A stretch of 64,000 nucleotides of DNA, from NCBI GenBank assembly GCA_963771175.1, contig CAVYSY010000033.1:448001-512000 (forward strand). Direction: 5' to 3'. The notes under the pieces are model-generated. The model worked only from the letters and a program-made list of their open reading frames with translations. It did no database searches and was not told where the DNA came from. The position numbers were made by a program, and so were the translations under genes. Positions 1-9,688 of the stretch are shown here, piece after piece. Origin of the DNA: an uncultured delta proteobacterium. GTDB taxonomy: Bacteria; Myxococcota; Myxococcia; Myxococcales; Myxococcaceae. Position 1 is the stretch's first letter; each line of letters begins with the position of its first letter.

Positions 1-600
1 GTGGACTCGCTGCCGGACATCATCGCCAGCTTCCAGTACGCCTTCGCGAGCCTGGGACTGCCAACGCCCGAGGACGCGGCGGTGCGCGCGCTCATCGGCC
101 AGCCCCTCGAGGCCATGTACGAGAGCTTCGCTCCCGCGCACGTGCCCCAACTGTGCGTCGTCTACCGCGAGCACTACGCGCGCAACTTCGTCAACCGCTC
201 GCGCCCCTTCCCCGGCGTCGTCGAGTTGCTGCGCACCCTGCGGGAGCGGGGCTACACGCTGGCCATCGCCACCACCAAGCGCACCGACATGGCGCGGCGC
301 TTCGTCGAGGCGCTCGGGCTCATGCCCGCCGTGGACTACGTGCAGGGCACCGACGGCTTCCCGCACAAGCCCGCGCCGGACGTCATCCACCGGGCCCTGG
401 GCGCGCTGGGCACCCAGGGACTGTGGATGGTGGGAGACACCACCGCCGACATCCTCGCCGGGCGGGCGGCGGGGCTGCGCACCTACGGCGTCACCTGGGG
501 CAACCACGACGCCGGGTTGCTCGCCACCGCCACGCCCGACGAGCTCCAGCCCGACCTGCGCCGCCTGATGGAGCACCTGCCCCCGCTCCCAAGAGTCTGA
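1..600 (+). CDS. HAD-superfamily hydrolase (phosphoglycolate phosphatase-like), 5'-truncated
   Basis: Begins just after HAD motif I (..DSLPDI); has ATTK, KPAP and MVGDTTADI motifs. Confidence 0.85.
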   Translation: MDSLPDIIASFQYAFASLGLPTPEDAAVRALIGQPLEAMYESFAPAHVPQLCVVYREHYARNFVNRSRPFPGVVELLRTLRERGYTLAIATTKRTDMARRFVEALGLMPAVDYVQGTDGFPHKPAPDVIHRALGALGTQGLWMVGDTTADILAGRAAGLRTYGVTWGNHDAGLLATATPDELQPDLRRLMEHLPPLPRV

Positions 601-639
601 GCCCCATCAGCGGGCGAGCTGGAAGAACGTGTCCGGCGC

Positions 640-1092
640 TCATGCCGGCCCGGCCGCTGGCGAGTCGCCCTCGTGGACGTGCGCCTTCTGCTCCCGGTAG
701 TCAGTGATGTGCTCGTAGACGCTCTCCGGGAACTGGAGGTCCTTGTAGACGTTGCAGGCGTCCGGGTCCTCCGCATTGGGGCAGATGGGAAACTCCTGCT
801 GCGCCTGGAATTGGAGCACCTTCTCGCGCCGGGGCGGGCTGTAGTCCTTCGCCTTCACCTGCTCGATGAGCGCGAGCGCCTGCCGCTCATCACAGGCCGG
901 ATCCCGCAAGAGCGTGTCCCGCAACTCCTCCTCGTCGAGGAAGTAGCGCGCCACCATCGCGAAGACGAGCCGGCCGAAGTGGCCGATGTCCTGGCCCTCG
1001 TCGAGCGAGTCCAGCAGGTGCGCCATCATCCCGTTCTTCCGGAGCGTCTCGCGCCCGCTGCTGCTCCGGTTCTCCTTGCGTATACGTGCCAT
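640..1092 (-). CDS. Hypothetical protein, possibly a primase large-subunit C-terminal-like helical domain
   Basis: 150-aa ORF with normal composition and GAGAGGA RBS; GHFGRLVF and DYSPP segments. Confidence 0.7.
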   Translation of the reverse strand: MARIRKENRSSSGRETLRKNGMMAHLLDSLDEGQDIGHFGRLVFAMVARYFLDEEELRDTLLRDPACDERQALALIEQVKAKDYSPPRREKVLQFQAQQEFPICPNAEDPDACNVYKDLQFPESVYEHITDYREQKAHVHEGDSPAAGPA

Positions 1093-1319
1093 GGCTCGAG
1101 TCCTCTCGTGGAAGCAGTCGAACCGCGCCTTCTGAAAACGCGTTCAGTCCTTCACAGGAAGCTAGGCACCACGTGCAGCGCGTCCAGGGGTCCGTCACGG
1201 CTGTCTGGAGGTCAGCCACCCGGGCACGGAGAATACGGGCACCAGCGCTCCATGGAGGCGAACACTCGAGGCGGACACTCCGCCCCGGGAGGGCATGGGA
1301 GTGCTATGTCCCCGGAGCC

Positions 1320-1829
1320 ATGCTCACGCTCTCCAGCCTGACCGAGTCCCTGTCCCGCCTCGCCTCGTCCGAGACCCTGCGCCGCGCGTGGGGCGTGCTG
1401 CGCCACGCTCCCGGCGGTGGGGTCCTGATGGGGCAGCTCCTCGGCAACCTCGCGCCCTATACCGGCACCATCCACCCGGAAGTGCTCTCCCTGGAGGAGG
1501 GCTACGCCCGCGTGCGGATGCGCGACCGGCGAAGCGTCCGCAACCACCTGCGCTCGGTGCACGCCATCGCGCTGATGAACCTGGGCGAGGTGGCCACCGG
1601 GGTCGCGATGATGTCCGCCCTGCCCGGGGACATGCGGGGCATCATCACTCACCTGGAGATGGACTACCTGAAGAAGGCACGCGGTTCCATCACCGCCGAG
1701 TGCCGCGCCCCCACCGCCGTGGCCGGCGAGCGGCGCGAGTACGAAGTCCAGGCGGACCTGAGCGATGAGTCCGGCCAGGTGGTGGCCCGGGCCCGTGCGC
1801 GCTGGCTCATCGGCCCCGCCACGCACTGA
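1320..1829 (+). CDS. PaaI/hotdog-fold thioesterase (DUF4442-like)
   Basis: NHLRSVHAIALMNLGE and MDYLKKARG motifs; start taken at ATG 1320. Confidence 0.8.
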   Translation: MLTLSSLTESLSRLASSETLRRAWGVLRHAPGGGVLMGQLLGNLAPYTGTIHPEVLSLEEGYARVRMRDRRSVRNHLRSVHAIALMNLGEVATGVAMMSALPGDMRGIITHLEMDYLKKARGSITAECRAPTAVAGERREYEVQADLSDESGQVVARARARWLIGPATH

Positions 1830-1852
1830 CCCGGGCCCCCGGGGGTCCGCGG

Positions 1853-2212
1853 TCAGTGCCCCGCGTCCGTCCCGGCGTCCGCGGGCTGCGTGCCCGCATC
1901 ACCGTTGACCGTGCCGTCGCAGGAGGACGGCGCCGTGCCACCATCCGACAGGGTCGTGACGCAGGGCTCGACGTCGTAGCAGTGGTACGGATCCGTGCCG
2001 CCATCCGGAGCGGGCGTGTCGCAGGGAGGCATGCCGTAACAGGCCATCAGGGTGATGGCCGCCACCCCCGCGCCGGCCAGGCAGAACAGCCCCTTCAGCA
2101 TCACGCCCCCGCGCGGCGCCGACTCCATCATCGGCGCGCCGCAGTGCACGCACTCGGCGCTCGCGGGCGGGACGAAACCACGACACTTCTGACAGGAAGA
2201 GAGCGAGGACAT
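1853..2212 (-). CDS. Small Cys-rich lipoprotein-like protein with ACYG motif; putative radical SAM substrate
   Basis: 119 aa: N-terminal CQKC..CVHC zinc ribbon, hydrophobic helix ending in LMAC-YG, then DGG/DAG-rich tail; AGGAG RBS. Confidence 0.75.
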   Translation of the reverse strand: MSSLSSCQKCRGFVPPASAECVHCGAPMMESAPRGGVMLKGLFCLAGAGVAAITLMACYGMPPCDTPAPDGGTDPYHCYDVEPCVTTLSDGGTAPSSCDGTVNGDAGTQPADAGTDAGH

Positions 2213-2266
2213 CGGGACTCCTGGGTGCCACGGCCGCCGGAATGGCGGCCGACCGGGCGGGCCTTC

Positions 2267-2282
2267 AGCGAAGAGCGTGCCG
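2267..2282 (-). promoter_or_regulatory. Putative sigma54 -24/-12 promoter of the ACYG lipoprotein gene
   Basis: Minus strand reads CGGCACG-CTCT-TCGCT versus consensus TGGCACG-N4-TTGCW, with exact GG-N10-GC spacing, about 55 bp upstream of the ATG. Confidence 0.55.
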
Positions 2283-2325
2283 CACGGAAGAGGCTGGAAT
2301 GACTGGGTTTCCGCGCTCAACCCCT

Positions 2326-2341
2326 CTGACAGGCATGTCAG
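2326..2341. promoter_or_regulatory. Palindromic operator/enhancer candidate
   Basis: CTGACA-GGCA-TGTCAG in the divergent intergenic region. Confidence 0.45.
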
Positions 2342-2381
2342 GGGGAGGGGGTTGCGCCCGCTTCTTGCTCCAGCCGAACGT

Positions 2382-3637
2382 ATGTCCATGTTGCGCCGAC
2401 TCGACGTCACCCAGCCCGACCACCACCCCGCCTACGTGGTCTGGGAGCTGACCCTCCGCTGCGACCAGCCCTGCACCCACTGCGGCTCGCGCGCGGGCAC
2501 GCACCGCGCCCGACGAGCTCTCCACCGAGGAGGCGCTCGACGTGGTCCGGCAGCTCCGCGGCGATGCGCGCCCGTGAGGTGGTGCTCATCGGCGGCGAGG
2601 CCTACCTGCACCCGGGCTTCCTCGACATCGTCCGCGCGCTGAAGGCCGCGGGCATCCGCCCGAGGCTGACCACCGGTGGGCGCGGCATCACCGAGGCCCT
2701 CGCCCGACAGATGGCCGAGGCCGGGCTGTACGCGGCCTCCGTCAGCATCGACGGGCTGGAGCCGACGCATGACCTGATGCGCGCCGCCCCGGCAGCTTCG
2801 CCTCGGCCACCGGGGCGCTCCGTTCGCTGGGCGCGGCCGGCGTGCTCGATGGCCGCCAACACCAACCTCAACCGGCTCAACCAGGCGGACCTGGAGCCGC
2901 TCTACGAGCACCTCGCGGGCCTGGGCATCCGCGCCGTGGCAGGTTCAGATCACCGCGCCCGCTCGGGCGCGCGGCCGACCGCCCGGCGATGCTGCTCCAA
3001 CCGTGGGACCTGATGGACGTGCGTCCCACGCATCGCGGCCCTGAAGACGCGCGCCTTCGAGGACGGCATCACCCTCATGCCCGGCAACAACCTCGGGTAC
3101 TTCGGGCCCGAGGAGGGACTGCTGCGCTCCCTCCGCCCCGATGGCCGGGGACCACTGGCGGGGCTGCCAGGCGGGCCGGTACGTCATGGGCATCGAGTCC
3201 GATGGAGCGGTGAAGGGATGCCCCTCGCTCCAGACGGCGCACTACGTCGGCGGCAACCTGCGCCAGCAGCCCCTGCGCGACATCTGGGAGCGGCTCGCGG
3301 GAGCTCGCCTTCACGCGCACGCGCACCGTCGACGACCTCTGGGGCTTCTGCCGCACCTGCCCCTTCGCCGCGACGTGCATGGCCGGCTGCAGCTTCACCG
3401 CCCACGCCCTGTTCGGCAGGCCGGGCAACAACCCCTACTGCCACTACCGCGCGCGGACGCTGGCGAAGCAGGGCCTCCGCGAGCGCCTCGTCCCCGAAGG
3501 CCCCCGCCCCCGGCCAACCCTTCGACAACGGCCTGTTCGAGCTGGTGCTCGAGCCGCTCGACGCACCGGACCCGCGCCCGCCCACGCCGCGAGAGTTGGT
3601 GAAGAAACGAAAGTGGCGGGAAGTTGGTACGCCGTGA
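2382..3637 (+). CDS. Radical SAM/SPASM peptide maturase (splicease-like); several frameshifts
   Basis: WELTLRCDQPCTHCGSRAG (CxxxCxxC, 2460-2483), LIGGE, SVSIDG, SPASM CQAG..GIESDGAVKGCPSL..CRTC..C..GC..NNPYC, spread over several frames. Confidence 0.85.
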
Positions 3638-3686
3638 GGCATCCGGGGCATGCTGGCGCATCTCGCGGCCGGCTCCGGAGGCTTCC

Positions 3687-5408
3687 ATGGCATCCCCCGT
3701 GTTTGGATTCGCCGATCTGCACTGCCACACGATGGCGCACCTGGGCTTTGGCGGGCACCTGCTCGCCGGACGCCCGGATGGAGACATCGCGCAGGCGCTC
3801 GCCCGCTGTGACATCCATCTCCACGGCAAGTGGGGCATCGGCAACTTCGGGAAGGATTGGCCGCTGGTGCAGGCCTTCATCGAGGGCGGCCTGGGTCACG
3901 GCCCCTGTGGCCACGACACCTACGCCGACTGGCCCCACTTCAACACCATGGTCCACCAGCAGGTCTTCGTGGACTGGCTCAAGCGGGCTCACGATGGAGG
4001 GCTGCGGCTGCTGTGCAGCGTGGCCGTCAACAACGAACTCCTCGCGGAGGAGAGCCACCATCCCGACAGCGACCAGAGCTCCATCGAGAAGCAGATGGCC
4101 GAACTGCGCCGCTTCACCGAGCGGCACGCGGACTGGATGGGCCTGGCCCTGAGCGCCTCGCAGGCCCGCCAGCTCATCGCGTCCGGCAAGCTGGCCGTGG
4201 TGGCCAGCGTGGAGGTGGACTCGCTGGACAGCCTCCTGGGCAACCGCAAGGCGCTCGGCGAGAAGCCCCTCACCCTGGAGCAGCTTCCCCGCATCCTCCA
4301 ATGGCTCCGGGACCAGGGCTTCCGGATGATGACGCCGCTGCACCTGAGCAACAACAGCTTCGGCGGCGCCGCCGTCTACGACGACAAGTTCAACCTGCTG
4401 AACCACTTCCTGCGCGGGCACTTCTTCGACGTGCGGGGCAACCCCAGCGTGGGTTTCCGGCTCGGGCAGGACATGAACACCCAGACCAAGCTGTCCGTCT
4501 CCGTCTACGAGCTCACTCGCCGGGCGCACTACCCCCGGGGCTACAAGGACAACGCACCGGGGCAGGGCCACATCAACGCGCTCGGGCTCACCCCCACGGG
4601 CGAGGTCTTCCTGCGCGAGGCCATGCGTCAGGGCTTCATCCTCGACCTGGAACACATGTCCGAGCTCTGCACCGACGCCGTCATTGCCCTGGCCGAGCGG
4701 CACCACTACCCCCTCGTCTCCTCGCACTGCGCCTTCCGCGAGCAGGGCCTGGAGCCCCAGGAGACGAGCTTCAAGTCCAAGCGCGCCAACGAGTACATGA
4801 AGACGCGCGAGCAGGCGTGGCGCATCCTCGCGCTGGGCGGGATGCTGGCGCCCATCACCAACCAGCACGAGCTGAAGGACTTCCCCGGCAGCACGGTGGA
4901 GAACGACTGCGCGCGCTCGTCCAAGACGTGGGCGCAGTCCTACCAGTACGCCCTCTCCTTGCTGCGCGAGGTGGGCTCCGGCGGCGTGGCCATGGGCACC
5001 GACTTCAACGGCCTCAATCAGCAGCCGGGGCCCCGGTATGGGCCCAACGCCGCCTGCGGGCTGAAGGGGGACAAGCTGCGCGAGAAGCAGCTCCCCATCC
5101 AGCAGATGCTCCAGCGCAACAAGCCGCCACTGCCCTACTCCGGCACCATGCACCGGACGAACGTGCCCTTCGTGCGCTCGCGCGCCGGCACCCGCGAGTT
5201 CGACTTCAACACCGACGGGCTGGCCCACATCGGCCTGCTGCCGGACCTCATCCGCGACCTCCTCCACGTGGGCATGACGGACGCGCAGCTCGACCCGCTC
5301 TTCTCCTCGGCCGAGGCCTTCCTCCGCATGTGGGAGACCTGTGAGACCCGCTCCGCCGCCAATCTCGCCGGCGAGCTGGTGGATGCGGCGATTCCCCGGC
5401 TCACGTAG
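3687..5408 (+). CDS. Membrane dipeptidase (M19)-like amidohydrolase
   Basis: FADLHCH (HxH), DLEHMS, SSH, GTDFNG, GLAHIGLLPD motifs. Confidence 0.75.
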   Translation: MASPVFGFADLHCHTMAHLGFGGHLLAGRPDGDIAQALARCDIHLHGKWGIGNFGKDWPLVQAFIEGGLGHGPCGHDTYADWPHFNTMVHQQVFVDWLKRAHDGGLRLLCSVAVNNELLAEESHHPDSDQSSIEKQMAELRRFTERHADWMGLALSASQARQLIASGKLAVVASVEVDSLDSLLGNRKALGEKPLTLEQLPRILQWLRDQGFRMMTPLHLSNNSFGGAAVYDDKFNLLNHFLRGHFFDVRGNPSVGFRLGQDMNTQTKLSVSVYELTRRAHYPRGYKDNAPGQGHINALGLTPTGEVFLREAMRQGFILDLEHMSELCTDAVIALAERHHYPLVSSHCAFREQGLEPQETSFKSKRANEYMKTREQAWRILALGGMLAPITNQHELKDFPGSTVENDCARSSKTWAQSYQYALSLLREVGSGGVAMGTDFNGLNQQPGPRYGPNAACGLKGDKLREKQLPIQQMLQRNKPPLPYSGTMHRTNVPFVRSRAGTREFDFNTDGLAHIGLLPDLIRDLLHVGMTDAQLDPLFSSAEAFLRMWETCETRSAANLAGELVDAAIPRLT

Positions 5409-5457
5409 GTGTCCAGCCCATCACCCTCATGGCCTGACCCACGGAGCCCACACGTCG

Positions 5458-5483
5458 GGAATACGAAAAATCATCCGGTGTCT
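5458..5483 (+). promoter_or_regulatory. Possible ECF-sigma promoter
   Basis: GGAATA-N16-GTCT about 80 bp upstream of ATG 5562. Confidence 0.3.
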
Positions 5484-5561
5484 TGGAGGCCCACCAGGGA
5501 ACCGGGCCCTTCGTGGCTCGCTCACCCTCTCCCCCTGGTTGATCGCCCTTCGAGCCCCATC

Positions 5562-6734
5562 ATGACCACTTCCCGACGGCAGTTCCTCCAGTTCTCCCTG
5601 GCCACGGCCTCGCTGGTGGCATGCGCCCCGAGCATGCGGGCCCTGTCCGGTGAAGAGCGCTCCTCCACCCCCTCGAAGAAGAAGATTCTCGTCCTCGGAG
5701 GGACGGGCTTCCTCGGCCCGGCCTTCGTCACCGCGGCGCAGGCGCGCGGGCACGAGCTGACGCTCTTCAACCGCGGCAAGACCCGGCCGGAGCTCTTCCC
5801 CAACGTGGAGAAGCTGCACGGAGACCGAGACCCGAACAAGGATGAGGGCCTGAAGGCGCTCGAGGGCCGGAAGTTCGACGCGGTTCTCGACACCTCGGGC
5901 TACTACCCGCGCATGGTGCGCGCCTCCGCCGAGCTGCTGGCGCCCAACGTCGGGCAGTACGTCTACATCTCCAGCGTCTCGGCCTACGCGAAGAACGACA
6001 CGCCCCACGCGGACGAGAGCGCCGAGACCGCCACGCTCGCCGACCCCACCGTCGAGACGATGGGCAAGAACTTCGAGAACTATGGCGGGCTGAAGCGCGC
6101 GTGCGAGGAGGCCGCCGAGAAGGCGATGCCGGGCCGCGTCGCCAATGTCCGCCCCGGCTACATCGTCGGGCCCGAGGATCGCTCGGACCGCTTCACGTAC
6201 TTCCCCCTGCGCTTCGAGAAGGGCGGCGAGATGCTCGCGCCGGGCAACCCCTCGGACCCGCTGCAGCTCATCGACGTGCGCGACCTGGCCGAGTGGCTCG
6301 TGGTGCTCATCGAGAACAACACGACGGGCATCTTCAACGCCGTGGGGCCGGAGAAGCCCTGGTCCATGGGAGAGCTGTTCGCGGCCTGCCAGGAGGTGAC
6401 GGGCGCGGACACGAAGCTCACCTGGGTGCCCGGGGAGTTCCTCCTGAAGAACGGCGAGGACGGCGAGGGCGCCATCCCCATCTGGGCGCCGGCCTTCGGG
6501 GCCTACGCGGGCATGCACCTGCGCAGCAACGCCAAGGCGGTGCGGGCCGGGCTGAAGTTCCGCTCGCCAGTCATCACCACCCGGGACACGCTCGCGTGGT
6601 TCAAGAGCCTGCCCGAGGAGCGCCGCAACAAGCCGCACGCCGGGCTCTCCCCGGAGCGCGAGGCGGAACTGCTCTCGCTGTGGGCGCGGGCCCAAGGCAC
6701 GCCGGGCCAGCCGACGACGGCTCAGGGTGGATAG
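5562..6734 (+). CDS. NAD-dependent epimerase/dehydratase family protein with Tat signal
   Basis: SRRQFL twin-arginine motif, LVAC lipobox-like, GGTGFLG Rossmann motif, YGGLK. Confidence 0.85.
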   Translation: MTTSRRQFLQFSLATASLVACAPSMRALSGEERSSTPSKKKILVLGGTGFLGPAFVTAAQARGHELTLFNRGKTRPELFPNVEKLHGDRDPNKDEGLKALEGRKFDAVLDTSGYYPRMVRASAELLAPNVGQYVYISSVSAYAKNDTPHADESAETATLADPTVETMGKNFENYGGLKRACEEAAEKAMPGRVANVRPGYIVGPEDRSDRFTYFPLRFEKGGEMLAPGNPSDPLQLIDVRDLAEWLVVLIENNTTGIFNAVGPEKPWSMGELFAACQEVTGADTKLTWVPGEFLLKNGEDGEGAIPIWAPAFGAYAGMHLRSNAKAVRAGLKFRSPVITTRDTLAWFKSLPEERRNKPHAGLSPEREAELLSLWARAQGTPGQPTTAQGG

Positions 6735-6906
6735 TCGTCCAGGGCTCACACCGCGGGGCGTGGTCCCCGGCCCCCTTGCGTCCCGCCTGGCAAGCAAGCG
6801 ACCCCCCTTCCCCCGTCTTGGAGCGGGGTAAGGCGGAGGAGCGCCCGTTGCCGCTCCGCGAGGGAGCATCACCTTTGCGCGAGCCAATCCACGCAGGGGG
6901 AAAGCC

Positions 6907-7338
6907 ATGGCGAACACCGACGTCGAGACACTGAACTCCTTCCTTCGCGGTGAAATCTCCGCGGTGGAGACCTACCGTCAGGCCATCGGCCACGTGTCGG
7001 ATGGACTCATTCGCGGCACGCTCGAGGACTGCCTGCACGACCACGAGCACCGTGTGGAGGCCATCCGCGAGCGCATCGAGAAACTCGGGGGCACGCCCGT
7101 CGAAAGCTCCGGCATCTGGGGCACCTTCGCGAAGCTGGTGCAGACGGGCGCCGATGTCCTGGGTGAGAAGACGGCCATCCAGGCTCTCGAGGAGGGCGAG
7201 GACCATGGGCTCTCGGACTACCAGCGCGACCTGGACAAGACCCATGGCGAGGCCCGCCGCTTCGTCCGCATGGAGCTGCTGCCCTCGCAGAAGCGCACCC
7301 ACGAGAGGATGAGCCGCATCAAGAAGACCATCCACTGA
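6907..7338 (+). CDS. DUF2383/PA2169-family ferritin-like four-helix bundle
   Basis: LNSFLRGEISAVETY, LEEGEDHGL; GGGGA RBS. Confidence 0.8.
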   Translation: MANTDVETLNSFLRGEISAVETYRQAIGHVSDGLIRGTLEDCLHDHEHRVEAIRERIEKLGGTPVESSGIWGTFAKLVQTGADVLGEKTAIQALEEGEDHGLSDYQRDLDKTHGEARRFVRMELLPSQKRTHERMSRIKKTIH

Positions 7339-7483
7339 CGGAAGACAGCGTGGGCGTGACAGCACCGCCCAGGCCATGAGCAGCACGGTGAGCACCGGGA
7401 GGAGCGCCGCCGGACGCGCTCCTCCCGAGGGCCGGCTCGACAGGCTCTCGGTGGGCTCGGGACGGCCGTGTACACTCCTCCCA

Positions 7484-8464
7484 ATGGAGAGCCCCCTGCC
7501 CAAGGCGTGCCCCCGTTGTGGTGAGCCTCGCATCCTCGCGCCGGAGTGTCCGAGCTGCGGCGTCCTCTACGCCAAGGCGGAGGCCCGTGCGGCACGGCTC
7601 GCCACGCAGCCCGCTCCCGTCTCCTACGCCGAACCCGAGCGCCCTCCGCACCTCCCACCGGAAGGGCTCGCCTGGGGCGGAGACCTCGAGGACGCACGGC
7701 TCGAGCTGCGGATGCGCCAGTTCGCCCTTCCCGTGGCGCTCGGCATGGCCTGGCTGCTCGTGAATGCTCCGATGGGCGGCAGCCTCGTTCGCGTCTTCCT
7801 CTCCATGTGGGTCCACGAGTTGGGCCACGCCGTCACTGCCTGGTTCTGCGGCTTCCCCGCCATCCCCGGGCCCTGGGTCACCCGCATCTCGGAGACCCGC
7901 TCCACCCTCCTCTTCCTGCTCCTGGCCGCCTCGCTCGGAGGGCTCATCCTCCGCGGGTGGTTCACCCAGCGCCGCTCCCTGATGATCGCGGGCGCCACGG
8001 GGCTCGTCCTCCAGTTCGTGGGCACCGGGGTGCTGTCTCCCACGAAGGGCATACAGCTCTTCACCTTCGGGGGCGATGCCGGGTGCCTCGTCATTGGCAG
8101 CCTCCTGATGGCGACCGTCTACGCGCCCAGGGAGTCCTCCCTCCGGCGCGGCTGGCTGCACTGGGGCTACCTGGTCATCGGCGCCACGTCCTTCATGGAC
8201 GTCTTCTCCGAGTGGTGGGCCGCCCGGAGTGATTTCGAGCGAATCGCCTTCGGTGAGAACGAGGGCGTCGGGCTGAGCGATCCCTCCAAGCTCGTCGACG
8301 TCTACGGCTGGACCGAGACCGAGCTGGTCCGGCGCTACACCTGGCTGGGACTGGCCTGCCTGGCCGCGCTCGCCGTCCTCTACACGGTGGGACTGCTCCG
8401 CGCCCGCGCCGAGCTGCGCGCGCTGGAGCACGTCACCGGGGAAGCGGGCCCGCGGGCCCGCTAG
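7484..8464 (+). CDS. Zinc-ribbon membrane protein with HELGH metallopeptidase (M50-like) motif
   Basis: CPRC..CPSC N-terminus, several TM helices, WVHELGH, GLSD. Confidence 0.7.
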   Translation: MESPLPKACPRCGEPRILAPECPSCGVLYAKAEARAARLATQPAPVSYAEPERPPHLPPEGLAWGGDLEDARLELRMRQFALPVALGMAWLLVNAPMGGSLVRVFLSMWVHELGHAVTAWFCGFPAIPGPWVTRISETRSTLLFLLLAASLGGLILRGWFTQRRSLMIAGATGLVLQFVGTGVLSPTKGIQLFTFGGDAGCLVIGSLLMATVYAPRESSLRRGWLHWGYLVIGATSFMDVFSEWWAARSDFERIAFGENEGVGLSDPSKLVDVYGWTETELVRRYTWLGLACLAALAVLYTVGLLRARAELRALEHVTGEAGPRAR

Positions 8465-8488
8465 CTCGACCCGAGGAGAGGGCGGGCC

Positions 8489-9688
8489 TCAGCGCGTCTT
8501 CCTGCCCTCCGAGGCGGAGGCGCCGGACGCCGACTGCGCCAGCGTCTGGATGGACTGGATACGCCGCTCCGCCTCCTGCGCGTCGAGGAAGATGTGCAGC
8601 ATGTCGCGGATGCTCGGCAGCGCCTTCGCCAGTGTCACGGGGTTGAGGAGCTGCGGCTCCACCCCGGCCTTGCGGCACGCGCGCGTCATGGTGGAGGGGG
8701 CGATGACGGGCGACAGGCCACAGCGCGCCACCAGCTCGTCGAAGAGGGAGCCGTGAAGCGCCTTGGAGGACGGCGCGGGCGCGGCCGGCGCCACCGTGGG
8801 CGCGGAGACCACCGGGGCTACCGGAGCGACGGGGTGAGCGTGAGCGTGGGCATGGGTATGGGCGGAGACGGGGGCGGGGGCCGGCGCGGCCGAAGCGGAC
8901 GCCTCGGACTCCGCCCGGCGCCGCAGCTCGGTGCGCACCTGGGCACGCAGCACCTCGATGTCCTCCGTCTTGGAACAGAAGGCATCCACCTTCACCGCCA
9001 GCGCCTCGGAGATGAGCTTCGAGTCGAAGCCGGCCGTCAGCCCCACCACGGCCACGTGGGCCGTCCCGGGCAGGGCCCTCACGGCGCGCACCCACTCCGG
9101 CCCATCCAGCCTCGGCATCTCCAGGTCCAGCAGGATGCAATCCACCGGCTGGGCTTCCAGGAGCTGCATGGCGTCCTCACCCGTCTCGGCGATGATGACG
9201 TCGTGGCCGTCCTTGCGCAGCGCATCCGAGGCGCGGAGCCGGAAGTCGATGCGGCCGTCCACCACCAGCACCCGCCGACGCCGGCCAGCGGACACCAACC
9301 GGGGCGTGCCGTCCGACTCGGGCACCTGCGTCAGCTCGTGGGCGCGCCGCACCACGTACGCCGAGTCGTAGGGCTTGCCCACGTAGTCGTTGGCGCCGTG
9401 CGACAGGCCCTTGAGCCGCTGCAGCACCGCCGCCTCGGTGGACAGCATCAACACCGGCAGGTGCGCGGTGCGAGGCACTCGGCGCAGCTCCTCCAGCAGG
9501 TCCACGCCCTCGCCATCCGGCAACAGCATGTCCAGGATGACCAGGTCGAAGTCCCCCTCACTCAGCGCCTTGCGGGCGACCGCGAGGCTCTCGCACAACG
9601 TGGTGCCAAAGCCGGCGGCGCTCAACACCCCGCGCATGTCCGCTCGCACCGTCGCGCTGTCGTCCACGATGAGCACACGTGCCTTCAT
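8489..9688 (-). CDS. Dual-receiver response regulator with unknown C-terminal domain
   Basis: Two REC domains (IVDD..LDMLLP..KP; VVDG..LDLEMP), Ala/Pro/His linker, about 75-aa helical tail. Confidence 0.85.
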   Translation of the reverse strand: MKARVLIVDDSATVRADMRGVLSAAGFGTTLCESLAVARKALSEGDFDLVILDMLLPDGEGVDLLEELRRVPRTAHLPVLMLSTEAAVLQRLKGLSHGANDYVGKPYDSAYVVRRAHELTQVPESDGTPRLVSAGRRRRVLVVDGRIDFRLRASDALRKDGHDVIIAETGEDAMQLLEAQPVDCILLDLEMPRLDGPEWVRAVRALPGTAHVAVVGLTAGFDSKLISEALAVKVDAFCSKTEDIEVLRAQVRTELRRRAESEASASAAPAPAPVSAHTHAHAHAHPVAPVAPVVSAPTVAPAAPAPSSKALHGSLFDELVARCGLSPVIAPSTMTRACRKAGVEPQLLNPVTLAKALPSIRDMLHIFLDAQEAERRIQSIQTLAQSASGASASEGRKTR

